A stretch of 64,000 nt of DNA. Source: Betaproteobacteria bacterium (GTDB lineage: Bacteria > Pseudomonadota > Gammaproteobacteria > Burkholderiales > SG8-41). The translations under genes were made by a program, and so were the position numbers. Of this stretch, positions 1 to 9,413 are shown piece by piece. Numbering within the stretch: position 1 is the stretch's first letter; every line of letters starts with the position of its first letter. Where the stretch lies: positions 15,871 to 79,870 of the forward strand of contig JAQBGW010000125.1 of the NCBI GenBank assembly GCA_032128415.1. The letters are read 5' to 3'. The notes under the pieces are model-generated. The model had not been told where the DNA came from. It was given only the letters and a program-made list of their open reading frames with translations, and did no database searches.

Positions 1-1
1 C

Positions 2-670
2 GGGCTGGCCTGGCTGCCATGGCCCGGCAGGCACCCGGTGGCGCGTTTATTCCCCGTCTGGTGCAGGGCTTTCGTACGGGCACTCGACGTGGACCTCCGC
101 GTGCATCAGAAAAACCGTCTGCGCCTGCCGCAGCGCTACATACTCATTGCCAATCACCCATCGGCCTTCGAGGACATCGGCATCCCTGCAGTATTTAACG
201 TAGTGTCACTCGCCAAATTGCAGGTGCAGGACTGGTTCATCGCCGGGCGGATCGTCAAGGCGGCCGGCACGTTGTTCGTTGATCGCGATAACCCCGAGTC
301 ACGACAACAGGTCATTCAAACCATGGTGGATGCCGTCAACGCGGGCCGCAACATTGCGCTCTACCCTGAAGGAGGCTGCAAGGGACGACGCTTGTTCAAA
401 GAGTTCAAATCAGGCGCCTTCGATGTTTCGATCCGAACGGGGGTTCCGATACTACCGGTCTTCCTGCATTACGAGGCGCAGGACGATTTCGAGTGGCAGC
501 CCCCCTACACGCTGCCGGACAAGCTCCGGCACATGATGATCGCGGCCAACAACCGCGCCAACTACTATGTGCACGACCCGCTGGACCCCAAGGATTACGC
601 CGATAAATACGCCATGAAAGCAGCGGCCTATGCACTGTACGTCCGCTGGAACGCCCAATACCTGGATTGA
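2..670 (+). CDS. Lysophospholipid acyltransferase family (PlsC-like), 5' end probably outside the window
   Basis: NHPSAFED (NHx4D) catalytic motif, FVDR and YPEGG motifs. The frame is open back to the window edge. Confidence 0.85.
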   Translation, partial: GLAWLPWPGRHPVARLFPVWCRAFVRALDVDLRVHQKNRLRLPQRYILIANHPSAFEDIGIPAVFNVVSLAKLQVQDWFIAGRIVKAAGTLFVDRDNPESRQQVIQTMVDAVNAGRNIALYPEGGCKGRRLFKEFKSGAFDVSIRTGVPILPVFLHYEAQDDFEWQPPYTLPDKLRHMMIAANNRANYYVHDPLDPKDYADKYAMKAAAYALYVRWNAQYLD

Positions 671-672
671 CC

Positions 673-696
673 CTGGGGCCTGTTAACAGGCCCTGG
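673..696. repeat. 16-bp perfect palindrome GGCCTGTTAACAGGCC flanked by CTGG direct repeats, between convergent genes
   Basis: Seen directly: 677-692 is self-complementary; CTGG at 673-676 and 693-696. Confidence 0.6.
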
Positions 697-711
697 TCCT
701 GCGATCAGGAC

Positions 712-2178
712 TCAGATTTTTTTAGAAATCGAAATCGCCTTTTTGGCAAACAGCTTTTTCTCTGTCGGATCCTTGATTTCGTCGGAAATCAGAAAATAGA
801 GCTCGGCTTCATCGCGTGCCTTGGCAGCGGCCCGCTTCACCACCACTTTGGCAACGGCGCCGATATGCTGCGAGAGTAATTTCTCGGCACGCGCAATCAT
901 CTCCGCTGTGAATTTCTGGGAGATCGATTGCAGCGCCGCCTGCGACGGCGCATCCGCCAGCGCGGTGCGGCCGGAGATCGGCTGCCCCGATTTTTCTCTT
1001 GCAGTGAATTTCCTGATGAACGCAGCACGGGTCTGCTCATCATCAATCTCCTCGCCGACCGTCTTGCACAGTATTTCCATCGTCGAACTGGATTTTGCGG
1101 CTCTGCGAATGACCACCGGCGCAATAGGGCCGATGTGTTTCATCAGTTCGGCTTCAACTTTTTTTAACATCTCCCGGTCAAGCGCCATGCCGGTCAATCC
1201 CGGCATTGAGGTGATGATCGGGGTCGATGTTGACGACTGCGTATTCGTCACCAGCACGGTAGGCGCGCTGCCGACAGGCACCGTACGCTCGTCTGCGACA
1301 GACGGCCCCGCACCACCGATCAATACGCGACGAAACTCTGCAACGCTTTGCGGCCGCTCTTCTTCGTTAGGCTTCAGCGCCCAGTCTATGGCCGCCAGCA
1401 TTTCCTGTCCGTAGATTTCCGAATTGCCCTTTTCAACGGCCGACGGCATTTCGTCATGCCGCACGCGCGCAGCAGCTTCAACCGGTTTGCTGCCGGTCAC
1501 CATCCAGTACAACACGCCGCCAAATGCATAAAGATCGCTCCACGGTCCCTGTTTGCCGTGGGCATGATACTGCTCGAGCGGGGCGTAACCGGGAGACACC
1601 ACCGCAGTCAGTTCCTGATTGCCGCCCTTCAGTTCGCGTGCGGAACCAAAATCGAGCAGCACCGGACTTCCGTCACTGCGCATGAAAATATTCGCCGGTT
1701 TGATATCACGATGCAGAAATCCGGCCCCGTGGATAACTTCCAGCCCGTCGAGCAGCGGTGCGGCGAGACCGAGCAACCCGCCTCGCGCCAGTGGCCGGCG
1801 CATTGCAATCCAGTCCGGTAACGGCTGGCCTTCGACAAACTCCATCACCATGTAACCAGTGTGATTCGCCTCGAAAAAACGCATTACACGGACGATATGG
1901 GGATGACGGAATGAGGCCAGCGTTTTCGCCTCATCCATGAAACGCTGCAGCCCCCACTGAAACGAGTCCTTGACCGAATCCGATTTGGGCTCGATGGTGT
2001 TGTCGGCGTTTCGCGCCGCAAAATCTCCCGGCAGATATTCCTTGAGCGCGACTTTGAGATTCAGGTTGGCGTCGGTTGCAAGATAGGTCAGGCCAAAGCC
2101 ACCAGTTCCCAGCACCGACTCAATCCGGTACTCGAGCAGCGAAAAACCACTGGGCAGCGCGTTGGTGATTTCGGGCAT
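712..2178 (-). CDS. Hanks-type Ser/Thr protein kinase with duplicated C-terminal helical domain
   Basis: GTGGFG, ALKE, HRDIKPANI, DFG, PGYAPLE motifs. Two similar C-terminal units (HIGPIAPVVIRRAA / HIGAVAKVVVKRAA). No TM segment evident. Confidence 0.92.
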   Translation of the reverse strand: MPEITNALPSGFSLLEYRIESVLGTGGFGLTYLATDANLNLKVALKEYLPGDFAARNADNTIEPKSDSVKDSFQWGLQRFMDEAKTLASFRHPHIVRVMRFFEANHTGYMVMEFVEGQPLPDWIAMRRPLARGGLLGLAAPLLDGLEVIHGAGFLHRDIKPANIFMRSDGSPVLLDFGSARELKGGNQELTAVVSPGYAPLEQYHAHGKQGPWSDLYAFGGVLYWMVTGSKPVEAAARVRHDEMPSAVEKGNSEIYGQEMLAAIDWALKPNEEERPQSVAEFRRVLIGGAGPSVADERTVPVGSAPTVLVTNTQSSTSTPIITSMPGLTGMALDREMLKKVEAELMKHIGPIAPVVIRRAAKSSSTMEILCKTVGEEIDDEQTRAAFIRKFTAREKSGQPISGRTALADAPSQAALQSISQKFTAEMIARAEKLLSQHIGAVAKVVVKRAAAKARDEAELYFLISDEIKDPTEKKLFAKKAISISKKI

Positions 2179-2194
2179 GATTGCTTGGCGTCGC

Positions 2195-3064
2195 CTACTT
2201 CTCGATCAGCTCGATCGCCTTCTCCAGGCTGCGCCGCATGCGGTTGAATGATTTGGCCAGCAACGACACCTCGTCGCCACCATTCTCTTCAAATTCGGGG
2301 ATATCCATGTTGCCCGTGCTGACCTCGTTCGCCGCCTCGGACATACGGGTAATCGGCCGCACGATCAACAGACTCATCATCACGTTGAGGATAATAAACA
2401 GCGTCACAAACACGCCGCTGAGCGACGCCATAAAGGTGTAAAACGCGCGGTTTGCGTTCTTGATCGGCAGCGCCATCGGCACCGAAACAATCTGGGCGCC
2501 AACCACTTCATTGTGTTTCCAGCCATAACCGTTGTTAGGCCCGTAAATTTTCACCATTGCCGGCGGCGATTGAGCGGCTGAGGTATGGCACGCGAGACAG
2601 GCCTTGTTCTTGATCTGGAACGGCCGGGCGAGGTACAGCGATGCCCCAGTCGGCGTGTCGCGTATGCCGCTGATCTCGCCACGGTCAGGATCGGAGCGGA
2701 ATGCATTCACAATATCGGTCTCCCACTCCACCGCCTTGTTACGCGGGTTGGTGGGATTGAGCGTTGCTTCCTTGTATGAGTAGTCCGCGTATTTCTTGTG
2801 CAGCGCGTTCATGATCTCGGTCGCCGAATAGGCCGGTACGCCTTGCGGGTGGAATACCTTCTCGTTAAAGGGGAGCAAGGGTCGAATCTGGTTAACAGTG
2901 TAAGAACGCATCGACAGTGCCGCTTCCATCATCACCCCGGCACTGCGCAGCACTTCATCGCGCGCGTTTTTTTGCAGCAGATCGTGCGAGATGTAGCCGG
3001 TGACGCCCAGCCCCAGCGCAAACACCACCAACAACACCAGGTTGAATTTAAGCCGCAGTCCCAT
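2195..3064 (-). CDS. Membrane sensor: TM - periplasmic c-type heme domain (DUF3365/Tll0287-like) - TM - HAMP, no output domain
   Basis: N-terminal TM (MGLRLKFNLVLLVVFALGLG), EATLNPTNPRN and CLACH (CxxCH) motifs, second TM, then HAMP (RPITRMSEAANEVSTGN...DEVSLLAKSFNRM) running to the C-terminus. Start moved to the ATG at 3064. Confidence 0.85.
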   Translation of the reverse strand: MGLRLKFNLVLLVVFALGLGVTGYISHDLLQKNARDEVLRSAGVMMEAALSMRSYTVNQIRPLLPFNEKVFHPQGVPAYSATEIMNALHKKYADYSYKEATLNPTNPRNKAVEWETDIVNAFRSDPDRGEISGIRDTPTGASLYLARPFQIKNKACLACHTSAAQSPPAMVKIYGPNNGYGWKHNEVVGAQIVSVPMALPIKNANRAFYTFMASLSGVFVTLFIILNVMMSLLIVRPITRMSEAANEVSTGNMDIPEFEENGGDEVSLLAKSFNRMRRSLEKAIELIEK

Positions 3065-3208
3065 GATCGCACCCCTTTGGCAATAGTCGCGCAGTATAAC
3101 CTGCACTCGATATCACTAAATAATATTTATCAATCAATGACTTACATTCGAATCACTCAAGGTCGCGGTTGACGACAATGTGGTGTTGGCTGAACTGTCG
3201 TTGCCGCG

Positions 3209-4669
3209 CTACGGTCGCGGCGGCGGCGCACGTCGTTGTTGAGACTGCAGGCGCCGCAAATCGGCGAACTCATCCAAAGAAATTCTCCGGTCACCATCAC
3301 GATCAACGCGACCGAAGTCGCGCGCGATGAACGGAAAACGTCCCTCGACCTCGGCCGCCGACAAATAACCGTCGCCATCGCGATCAGCATCGCGGAATTC
3401 TCCACTCACGCGTTCTCGCGCACGATCCAACCCGGAATTTCTTGCATCGGGACGCGGCGGACGTTCACTCTGGTCAGCACCGGGGCCGAATTCGCGCGAC
3501 GGCCGCTGATCCATGGGGGCGCGCCGTGGAGGTTGCGGCGCTGGGGTGAGTTGTGGTGCCGGCGCGGCAATCGCCGCGGGCGGCGGCTCCGGACGACGCT
3601 TATACCAACCCAGCGCAATGACAGCGGCAAAAAGAACCGCTGCACCCCAGCCCACTCGTCGCCAGTCGGATCCATGATCGTTGGTCAAACGCGATGGGCG
3701 TACCGGCGATGTCGGCCGTGACGCCATCGTCGCCGTGGCCGCAGCACGCGTTGCAGGTTCCGGGGCAACAGCCGCAGTTTTGGACAACAGCGCGGCCTGC
3801 GCTTCAAATGCCGCCTTCCATTCCGCAATACTTTGCGGACGCTGCTCCGCTTTCAGCATCATGGCCCACTCGATTGCACGCAACAGCGGCTCGCTGTAAC
3901 GGTTGCGAGCCGCAGCAAGAACCTCCGCCACGGCATCGTTTTGCAGACGGCTCACGGCGTCCGGTGGATTTTTGTCGGTGACTACGCGGAACAGCACACC
4001 ACCCATGGCGTAAATATCAGTCCACGGCCCCTGCTTGCCGTCGCCTGCATATTGTTCAAGCGGTGCATAACCGGGCGTCAGCACGGCGGTTAACGTGCGG
4101 GTAGCGCCGCCGGTATTGCGCGCCGCGCCGAAATCAAGCAGCACCGGTGTGCCATTCGCGCGCATGAATATATTGCTAGGCTTGATGTCGCGATGCAGAA
4201 ATTTTTCGGTATGCACTGCCGCCAGTCCATCGAGCAACGGCAGCACTATGCGTTTGAGCTCCGCCTCATCCGGCTGCGGCGTGCGCTTGAGCAACTGGCT
4301 CAGCGACTCGCCGTCCTCATAATCCATCACCATGTAACCGGTACCGTTCGCCACGAAGTAGCGGTTCACACGCACGATATGCGGATGACTGAAACGCGCC
4401 AACGTCCGCGCTTCGCGGATAAAACTGTCCAGCCCCCACTGGTAATCGTGCTGGTGGTCAGTAGAAACCGGCACCACGCTACCGTCGAGCGCACGCACTG
4501 CCAGATCGCCGGGCAGATATTCCTTGATGGCAACCTGCTTCTCGAGATTGGTGTCCCAGCCGAGATAGGTCATGCCGAAACCACCGACGCCCAGCACTGC
4601 TTTCAATTGATATTCGTTGAGCGTCGAGTTCAGCTCCAGCGCATTGCGATAAACAGGGGACTCGCTCAT
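3209..4669 (-). CDS. Hanks-type Ser/Thr protein kinase with TM segment and C-terminal EF-hand pair
   Basis: GVGGFG, AIKE, HRDIKPSNI, DFG, TPGYAPLE motifs. TM segment VGWGAAVLFAAVIALGWY, Pro-rich linker, EF-hand loops DRDGDGYLSAAE and DRDGDRRISLDE. Confidence 0.9.
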   Translation of the reverse strand: MSESPVYRNALELNSTLNEYQLKAVLGVGGFGMTYLGWDTNLEKQVAIKEYLPGDLAVRALDGSVVPVSTDHQHDYQWGLDSFIREARTLARFSHPHIVRVNRYFVANGTGYMVMDYEDGESLSQLLKRTPQPDEAELKRIVLPLLDGLAAVHTEKFLHRDIKPSNIFMRANGTPVLLDFGAARNTGGATRTLTAVLTPGYAPLEQYAGDGKQGPWTDIYAMGGVLFRVVTDKNPPDAVSRLQNDAVAEVLAAARNRYSEPLLRAIEWAMMLKAEQRPQSIAEWKAAFEAQAALLSKTAAVAPEPATRAAATATMASRPTSPVRPSRLTNDHGSDWRRVGWGAAVLFAAVIALGWYKRRPEPPPAAIAAPAPQLTPAPQPPRRAPMDQRPSREFGPGADQSERPPRPDARNSGLDRARERVSGEFRDADRDGDGYLSAAEVEGRFPFIARDFGRVDRDGDRRISLDEFADLRRLQSQQRRAPPPRP

Positions 4670-4700
4670 GGCTGATGTCGCTCAGGGCACCGCTGACGCT

Positions 4701-5360
4701 TCAGGCGACGGGTTCGCCCGCCAGCGCCTGCTGCATCGCCTGCAGCAACACCTCAGCCTCCTGCGCGCCGGATAAGCCGATGCTGCGGTTGAAAATAAAA
4801 AATGGCACGCCATTAACGCCCGCCTGCCGGGCTTCCTCGTCGGCGCTGCGGATCACGTCGGCGCCCCCTGCACTGTTGAGGTAATTGAGTACGTCTTCAC
4901 GCGGCAAACCGGCCTGCGCTGCATAATCAGCCAGCACGGCGTTGTCGGTGAGGTTCGCGCCTTCAATGAAGTAGGCACGGAACAGCGCCTCGGCTACGGC
5001 GTCCTGTTTACCCAGTTCACCCGCGTGATGCAGCAGGCGATGCGCATTGACCGTGTTCGGCTGCACGGTGATTTTATCGAATGCCATGTCGAGGCCGACG
5101 CTCTTGCCGACCATTGCCACGCGATCGTATTTCGCGTTACCCACGGGTCCGAACTTACGCATGATGTAGTCAGCCCGCGAAATGCCGGAAACCGGCAGAT
5201 CTGGATTCAACTGAAATGGCAGCCAGCGCACGGCCGGCGGTGCTGCATCGGGGTACAGTTTGGCGAACTGTTGCAGCGCGGCTTCAAGCCGGCGCTTGCC
5301 GATGTAGCACCAGGGTCAAACTACGTCAGAAACAATATCGATAGCCAGTTGCTTGCTCAT
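4701..5360 (-). CDS. FrnE/DsbA-family oxidoreductase, probable selenoprotein (UPWC active site, in-frame TGA at 5318-5316)
   Basis: From ATG 5360 (AAGG RBS upstream) it reads MSKQLAIDIVSDVV*PWCYIGKRRLEAAL and continues in frame into the listed ORF (WLPFQLNP...GVNGVPFF...GAQE). The TGA replaces the first Cys of CPWC. Confidence 0.85.
5275..5296 (-). promoter_or_regulatory. Candidate bacterial SECIS hairpin 3' of the in-frame UGA
   Basis: mRNA AGCG-C-CGGCU-[UGA]-AGCCG-CGCU. The apical loop starts 29 nt after the UGA codon and has G at loop position 2. Confidence 0.6.
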
Positions 5361-5380
5361 GGCACAGCCTTTCAGATGAG

Positions 5381-5408
5381 AAAAATAACATAACCTATTG
5401 TTTTTATT
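5381..5408. promoter_or_regulatory. AT-rich 28-bp intergenic motif containing an IHF-consensus-like site, near-identical to 50312-50339
   Basis: AAAAATAACATAACCTATTGTTTTTATT matches the second copy at 27/28 positions. The reverse complement contains AAACAATAGGTTA (IHF consensus WATCAANNNNTTR, 1 mismatch). Confidence 0.5.
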
Positions 5409-5415
5409 GTACTTT

Positions 5416-6789
5416 TTATACGCGTAACGGCGTAAGGTCTACTTTACCCGAAAACATTGCCGGCACGATACGCAGCGCGGCAGCGCATTGCTGCGGCGCC
5501 CATCCGCCGTAGGCGCAGTTACGGCGGAACTTGTCTTCAATTTCGGCACGCGACAGTGGCTCCTGCGCACCACCGCGAATATGCGGTTGGCGTTCTTCAA
5601 ATACCCGCCCGTCTTTCAGCGTCATGCGCACGTGTCCAGTGTAGGCCTTGGGATAAGGATTGTTGGGATCAACCACATATTTCACCTTCGCCGCCAGCGC
5701 GAGGATGCGCGGATCGCGCACGGTCTCCTCGGTGAATGCCGCAAGACCCGCTCCGCCGGTGATGAACGCCACCGCAATATTGAACGGCGCGCTGAATTTG
5801 GCGGCATAGGCATTCGCCGGTTTGTGTTTGGACGGCAGCGGATCCCACAGCCGGTGCACATAACCTTCGGCGGTTTCGCACAGCACATCAGCGACGTCTT
5901 CCGCCGCAAAACCCTGCTTCGCCAGGCGCAGGGCGCAATCCGCATACGGCTGGTTCATGGTGCCTGTGGCATACGGCTTGAAGGTGATGCGCGACAAATA
6001 CCAGTCTTTGCCGAAGTCGCGCGTCAATACATCGTAGTTGCCCTCAGTCGCGTGTGCAAAACCGTTGAACAATCCATGCGTACCTTCAAATACGGTGCGC
6101 GGACCGAGAAAACCCTGCGCGCCCAGACGCGCTGCCTGAATGCCAACATGCGCTGCCCAGCCCGCATGCAGTCGCTTGGTCCACGCACCTTCCGCAAGAT
6201 ATTCAATGATGCCACCGGTCATGCTGCCGGCAATGCCCAGCGCATCCACCGTTTGCTGACGGTTGAGCTGCAACGTGCGCGATACCGCCAGCGTCGCCGC
6301 CATTGCACCGAGTACGCCGGTTGGGTGAAATCCGGATTTGTGGATAGCCTTGGGTATCACCATAGACAGACGGCACAATGTTTCCACGCCGACTACAAAC
6401 CCCGCCAGCATGTCGCGGCCGTCACAACCAAAGCGTTCTGCTGCGGCAAGCACCGCCGGCGCGATAACCGTACTCGAATGTACCGGGCCGCCCTCGAAGG
6501 TGTCATCGAAATCTTCACCGTGGGTTGCAGTGCCGTTGATGGTCGCCGCGATTTCTGCAGAGAAAGACCGGCTATGGCCTATGGCCGTACACGGCCCACC
6601 GGCATCGACACCGGCAATCACCGCGCGCACATAGTCCGTGCCCCGCGCGGCCACGCACAAACCGATCACATCAATAAACAGTTCTTCAGCACGCTTGCGC
6701 ACCGCCACAGGTATAGCCGCAGCGGTCAATGCCGCAGATTGATCTGCAAGCAGCTCAGCGACAGCCACTTCAGGCGCATTCTCAGTCAT
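5416..6789 (-). CDS. MmgE/PrpD family protein
   Basis: HGEDFDD, HSSTVIAPA, GFHPT, KRLHAG and KFS motifs typical of the PrpD fold. Confidence 0.9.
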   Translation of the reverse strand: MTENAPEVAVAELLADQSAALTAAAIPVAVRKRAEELFIDVIGLCVAARGTDYVRAVIAGVDAGGPCTAIGHSRSFSAEIAATINGTATHGEDFDDTFEGGPVHSSTVIAPAVLAAAERFGCDGRDMLAGFVVGVETLCRLSMVIPKAIHKSGFHPTGVLGAMAATLAVSRTLQLNRQQTVDALGIAGSMTGGIIEYLAEGAWTKRLHAGWAAHVGIQAARLGAQGFLGPRTVFEGTHGLFNGFAHATEGNYDVLTRDFGKDWYLSRITFKPYATGTMNQPYADCALRLAKQGFAAEDVADVLCETAEGYVHRLWDPLPSKHKPANAYAAKFSAPFNIAVAFITGGAGLAAFTEETVRDPRILALAAKVKYVVDPNNPYPKAYTGHVRMTLKDGRVFEERQPHIRGGAQEPLSRAEIEDKFRRNCAYGGWAPQQCAAALRIVPAMFSGKVDLTPLRV

Positions 6790-6872
6790 AGTTCATCCAC
6801 ACAAGAAAAAACGGGGGCTTACACCCCCGTTGTCATACTCCCCGTTTTCAGGCGGAGCACCATGTCATGACA

Positions 6873-7850
6873 TCAACGCACGAGCTTGATACCCGCGTCC
6901 TTCAGGATACCGCGTAGAGTCTGGGTGTACTCATTGACGAACGTGTCTAGTCCCGCACCCGTCAAAAACCCGTCTTCGTAGCGGTTATCCTTGAGGAAGC
7001 CGCTCCACTCCGGGGTCTTGTGCAGCTTGGTCAGCAGATCGACGTAATAGGCTTTCACGTCCGGTGCCATTCCTGGCGGTCCGACAAAACCGCGTGCCTG
7101 CGGCACCTCGGGCACGTTATAGCCCTGCTCGTTGATGGTCGCCACGTCCGGCAAACTCGGAATACGCTTATTCATCAGCGTCGCCAGCACCCGAATTTTT
7201 CCAGCCCTGATCTGCTCCTCGGCTTCCGCCGGCTCCATGATGTACATGTCGACGTGCCCGCCCAGCAACGCAGCAACACGCTCACCACCTGACTTCATCG
7301 AAATGAACTGCCAGCTCGCCCCGCTCGCCTTCATCAGCAGATGACGCAGCGTGTTGTCGCGGCCACTGAGAGAGCCACCCGATTGTTTCAATTTACCCGG
7401 ATTGGCCTTGGCCGCCTCGAAGAATTCCTTCGTGGTCTTGTACGGGGATTCCGTAAGGACGGTCATTACTGCGGGTTCAAGCACGAGACGGGCGATGGGC
7501 GTGAGATCATTCATCGTGACCTTGGCTTTCGCGCGAATCTGCGGATTGACAAACCAGACGCTGGTGAACACGGCAAGCAGGTGCGTCTCGGCTTTTTTCT
7601 CACCGAGATAGGCCATCGCGACCAGGCCGCCACCACCGGTCTTGTTCACTACCTGTATCGTTTGCGGCGCGAGTTTGGTCTTTGCGAGCAACCCCTGCAC
7701 AGCGCGTCCAAATACGTCGTTGCCTGCTCCGGGTCCCGAATGGACCATGAACTCGATCGTACGGTCAGGCGTAAAAGCGTGGACGGGTGCGCCGCCGAGT
7801 ACAGCGGCCGCCATGATTGAACCTGCCAGAATGCTGCGTATGTGTTTCAT
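6873..7850 (-). CDS. tctC: Tripartite tricarboxylate transporter substrate-binding protein
   Basis: Signal peptide, HSGPGAGND, VVNKTGGGG and GGHVD motifs. Adjacent to tctA/tctB. Start at MKHIRS with AGGAG RBS. Confidence 0.9.
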   Translation of the reverse strand: MKHIRSILAGSIMAAAVLGGAPVHAFTPDRTIEFMVHSGPGAGNDVFGRAVQGLLAKTKLAPQTIQVVNKTGGGGLVAMAYLGEKKAETHLLAVFTSVWFVNPQIRAKAKVTMNDLTPIARLVLEPAVMTVLTESPYKTTKEFFEAAKANPGKLKQSGGSLSGRDNTLRHLLMKASGASWQFISMKSGGERVAALLGGHVDMYIMEPAEAEEQIRAGKIRVLATLMNKRIPSLPDVATINEQGYNVPEVPQARGFVGPPGMAPDVKAYYVDLLTKLHKTPEWSGFLKDNRYEDGFLTGAGLDTFVNEYTQTLRGILKDAGIKLVR

Positions 7851-7893
7851 TTGACTCCTCCTTGTTATGGACTGCACAACTCAATACACAATT

Positions 7894-9405
7894 CTATGCT
7901 TCCTGATCAGCCACTTTTGTGCGCCATGACGCGACCTGCCGGAACAGAGGTCCGAGCAATACTGCCGAAGTCATAACCAGTATCACCAGCGCCAGCGGTC
8001 TAGTATAAAGGATAGAGACATCGCCCTGAGACATCATCAGGGATTGCCGCACTGCGTTTTCCATCAGATCACCGAGAACAAGTCCGAGTATCAACGGCGC
8101 GGCTGGATAATCGGTTTTGCGCATCAGAAAGCCTAACAGGCCGAAAAACGCGACAAGCCAGGTGTCGAGCAGGCGCTGGTCCACGCTGTACACCCCGATG
8201 ATGGATACCCCCAGAATGACGGGGTAGAGCACGTAACCCGGCAATTTTAGTATTTGCGCAAACAACGGCACTAGCGGCAAGTTCAGAATCAGCAGCATGA
8301 CATTGCCGATGTACATGCTTGCCACCAGACCCCAGAAAAGCTCCGGATGATCCTGGATCAGCAGTGGCCCCGGCCGCAGTCCCCAGAGTATGAACGCTGC
8401 CAGCAGAATAGCCGTCGTCGCAGAACCCGGAATGCCGAGCGTCATCAGCGGCACCAGTGCCCCGCCGGTCTCTGAATTGTTGGCAGCCTCGGGCGCCGCC
8501 ACACCTTCCACGACGCCAGTGCCGAATTTTTCCGGGTGCTTCGACACGGCCTTCTCAATCCCGTAGGAAACAAATGAAGCTATCGTTGAGCCCGCGCCCG
8601 GAAGCACGCCGACAAAAAAACCGACGATCGATCCGTTCAGAAAAGCAAAACGCGAATCCTTGATGTCCTGCCAGGTGGGCATGAGATTGCGCACGCCCTT
8701 GGGCACCACAAACGCCGCCTGTTTCGAATCGCTGGTCAGGTTTGCAAGCACCTCGCCGATCGCGAACGTGCCGATCGCCACCACTACGAATTGGACACCG
8801 TCGAGCAGTTCGATCTGGTCAAGTGTGTAACGCTCAGTGTCGGTGAACATGTCGATGCCGATCGTCGCGAGCCACAGTCCGACGAACATCGACAGCAGCG
8901 CCTTGAGCATGGATTTCCCGGCAAGCAGCACCACCATCGACAACCCGAACGCCATCAACGCGAAATACTCGGGCGGCCCGAAACGCAGGGCAAATTCGGC
9001 GACGGGCGGCGCAACCAGCATCAGCAGAATAACGCCGACCGTTCCCGCAATGAATGACGAGATTGCGGCAATACCAAGGGCGGGGCCTGCGCGACCGTTT
9101 CTCGCCATTTCGAAACCATCGAGACAGGTGACGACCGAGGCTGATTCTCCCGGCACATTCAGCAAGATGGATGTCGTGGAGCCGCCGTACTTGGCCCCGT
9201 AGTAGATGCCGGACATCATGATGATGCCTGCTGTCGGATTCATCTGCGTTGCAAGGGGCAGTAGCAATGCGATGGTTGCAGAAGGTCCCAGCCCCGGCAG
9301 AATGCCGACCACGGTGCCCAGGAAAACGCCGACAAAACACCACCAGAGGTTTATCGGCACAAGAGCCACGGCGAAGCCGTTCATCAGATTGGAAAGTATT
9401 TCCAT
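7894..9405 (-). CDS. tctA: TTT large permease subunit
   Basis: [29 protein letters not shown] and LGIPGS signatures. True start at MEILSNL. Confidence 0.93.
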   Translation of the reverse strand: MEILSNLMNGFAVALVPINLWWCFVGVFLGTVVGILPGLGPSATIALLLPLATQMNPTAGIIMMSGIYYGAKYGGSTTSILLNVPGESASVVTCLDGFEMARNGRAGPALGIAAISSFIAGTVGVILLMLVAPPVAEFALRFGPPEYFALMAFGLSMVVLLAGKSMLKALLSMFVGLWLATIGIDMFTDTERYTLDQIELLDGVQFVVVAIGTFAIGEVLANLTSDSKQAAFVVPKGVRNLMPTWQDIKDSRFAFLNGSIVGFFVGVLPGAGSTIASFVSYGIEKAVSKHPEKFGTGVVEGVAAPEAANNSETGGALVPLMTLGIPGSATTAILLAAFILWGLRPGPLLIQDHPELFWGLVASMYIGNVMLLILNLPLVPLFAQILKLPGYVLYPVILGVSIIGVYSVDQRLLDTWLVAFFGLLGFLMRKTDYPAAPLILGLVLGDLMENAVRQSLMMSQGDVSILYTRPLALVILVMTSAVLLGPLFRQVASWRTKVADQEA

Positions 9406-9413
9406 GGCTCGGC

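Noticed and set aside
4701-5360. DsbA-family gene as a nonsense pseudogene or a 176-aa protein starting at 5231
   Set aside because: The only stop is TGA exactly at the catalytic Cys, a SECIS-like hairpin follows, and the upstream ATG has an RBS. Sec recoding explains this better, though it is unproven.
5488-6870. 460-aa plus-strand ORF (and similar long ORFs at 42022-43341, 44988-46415, 61237-62778, 38952-40064, 31627-32826)
   Set aside because: Antisense shadows of well-supported genes in high-GC DNA, with no recognisable motifs.
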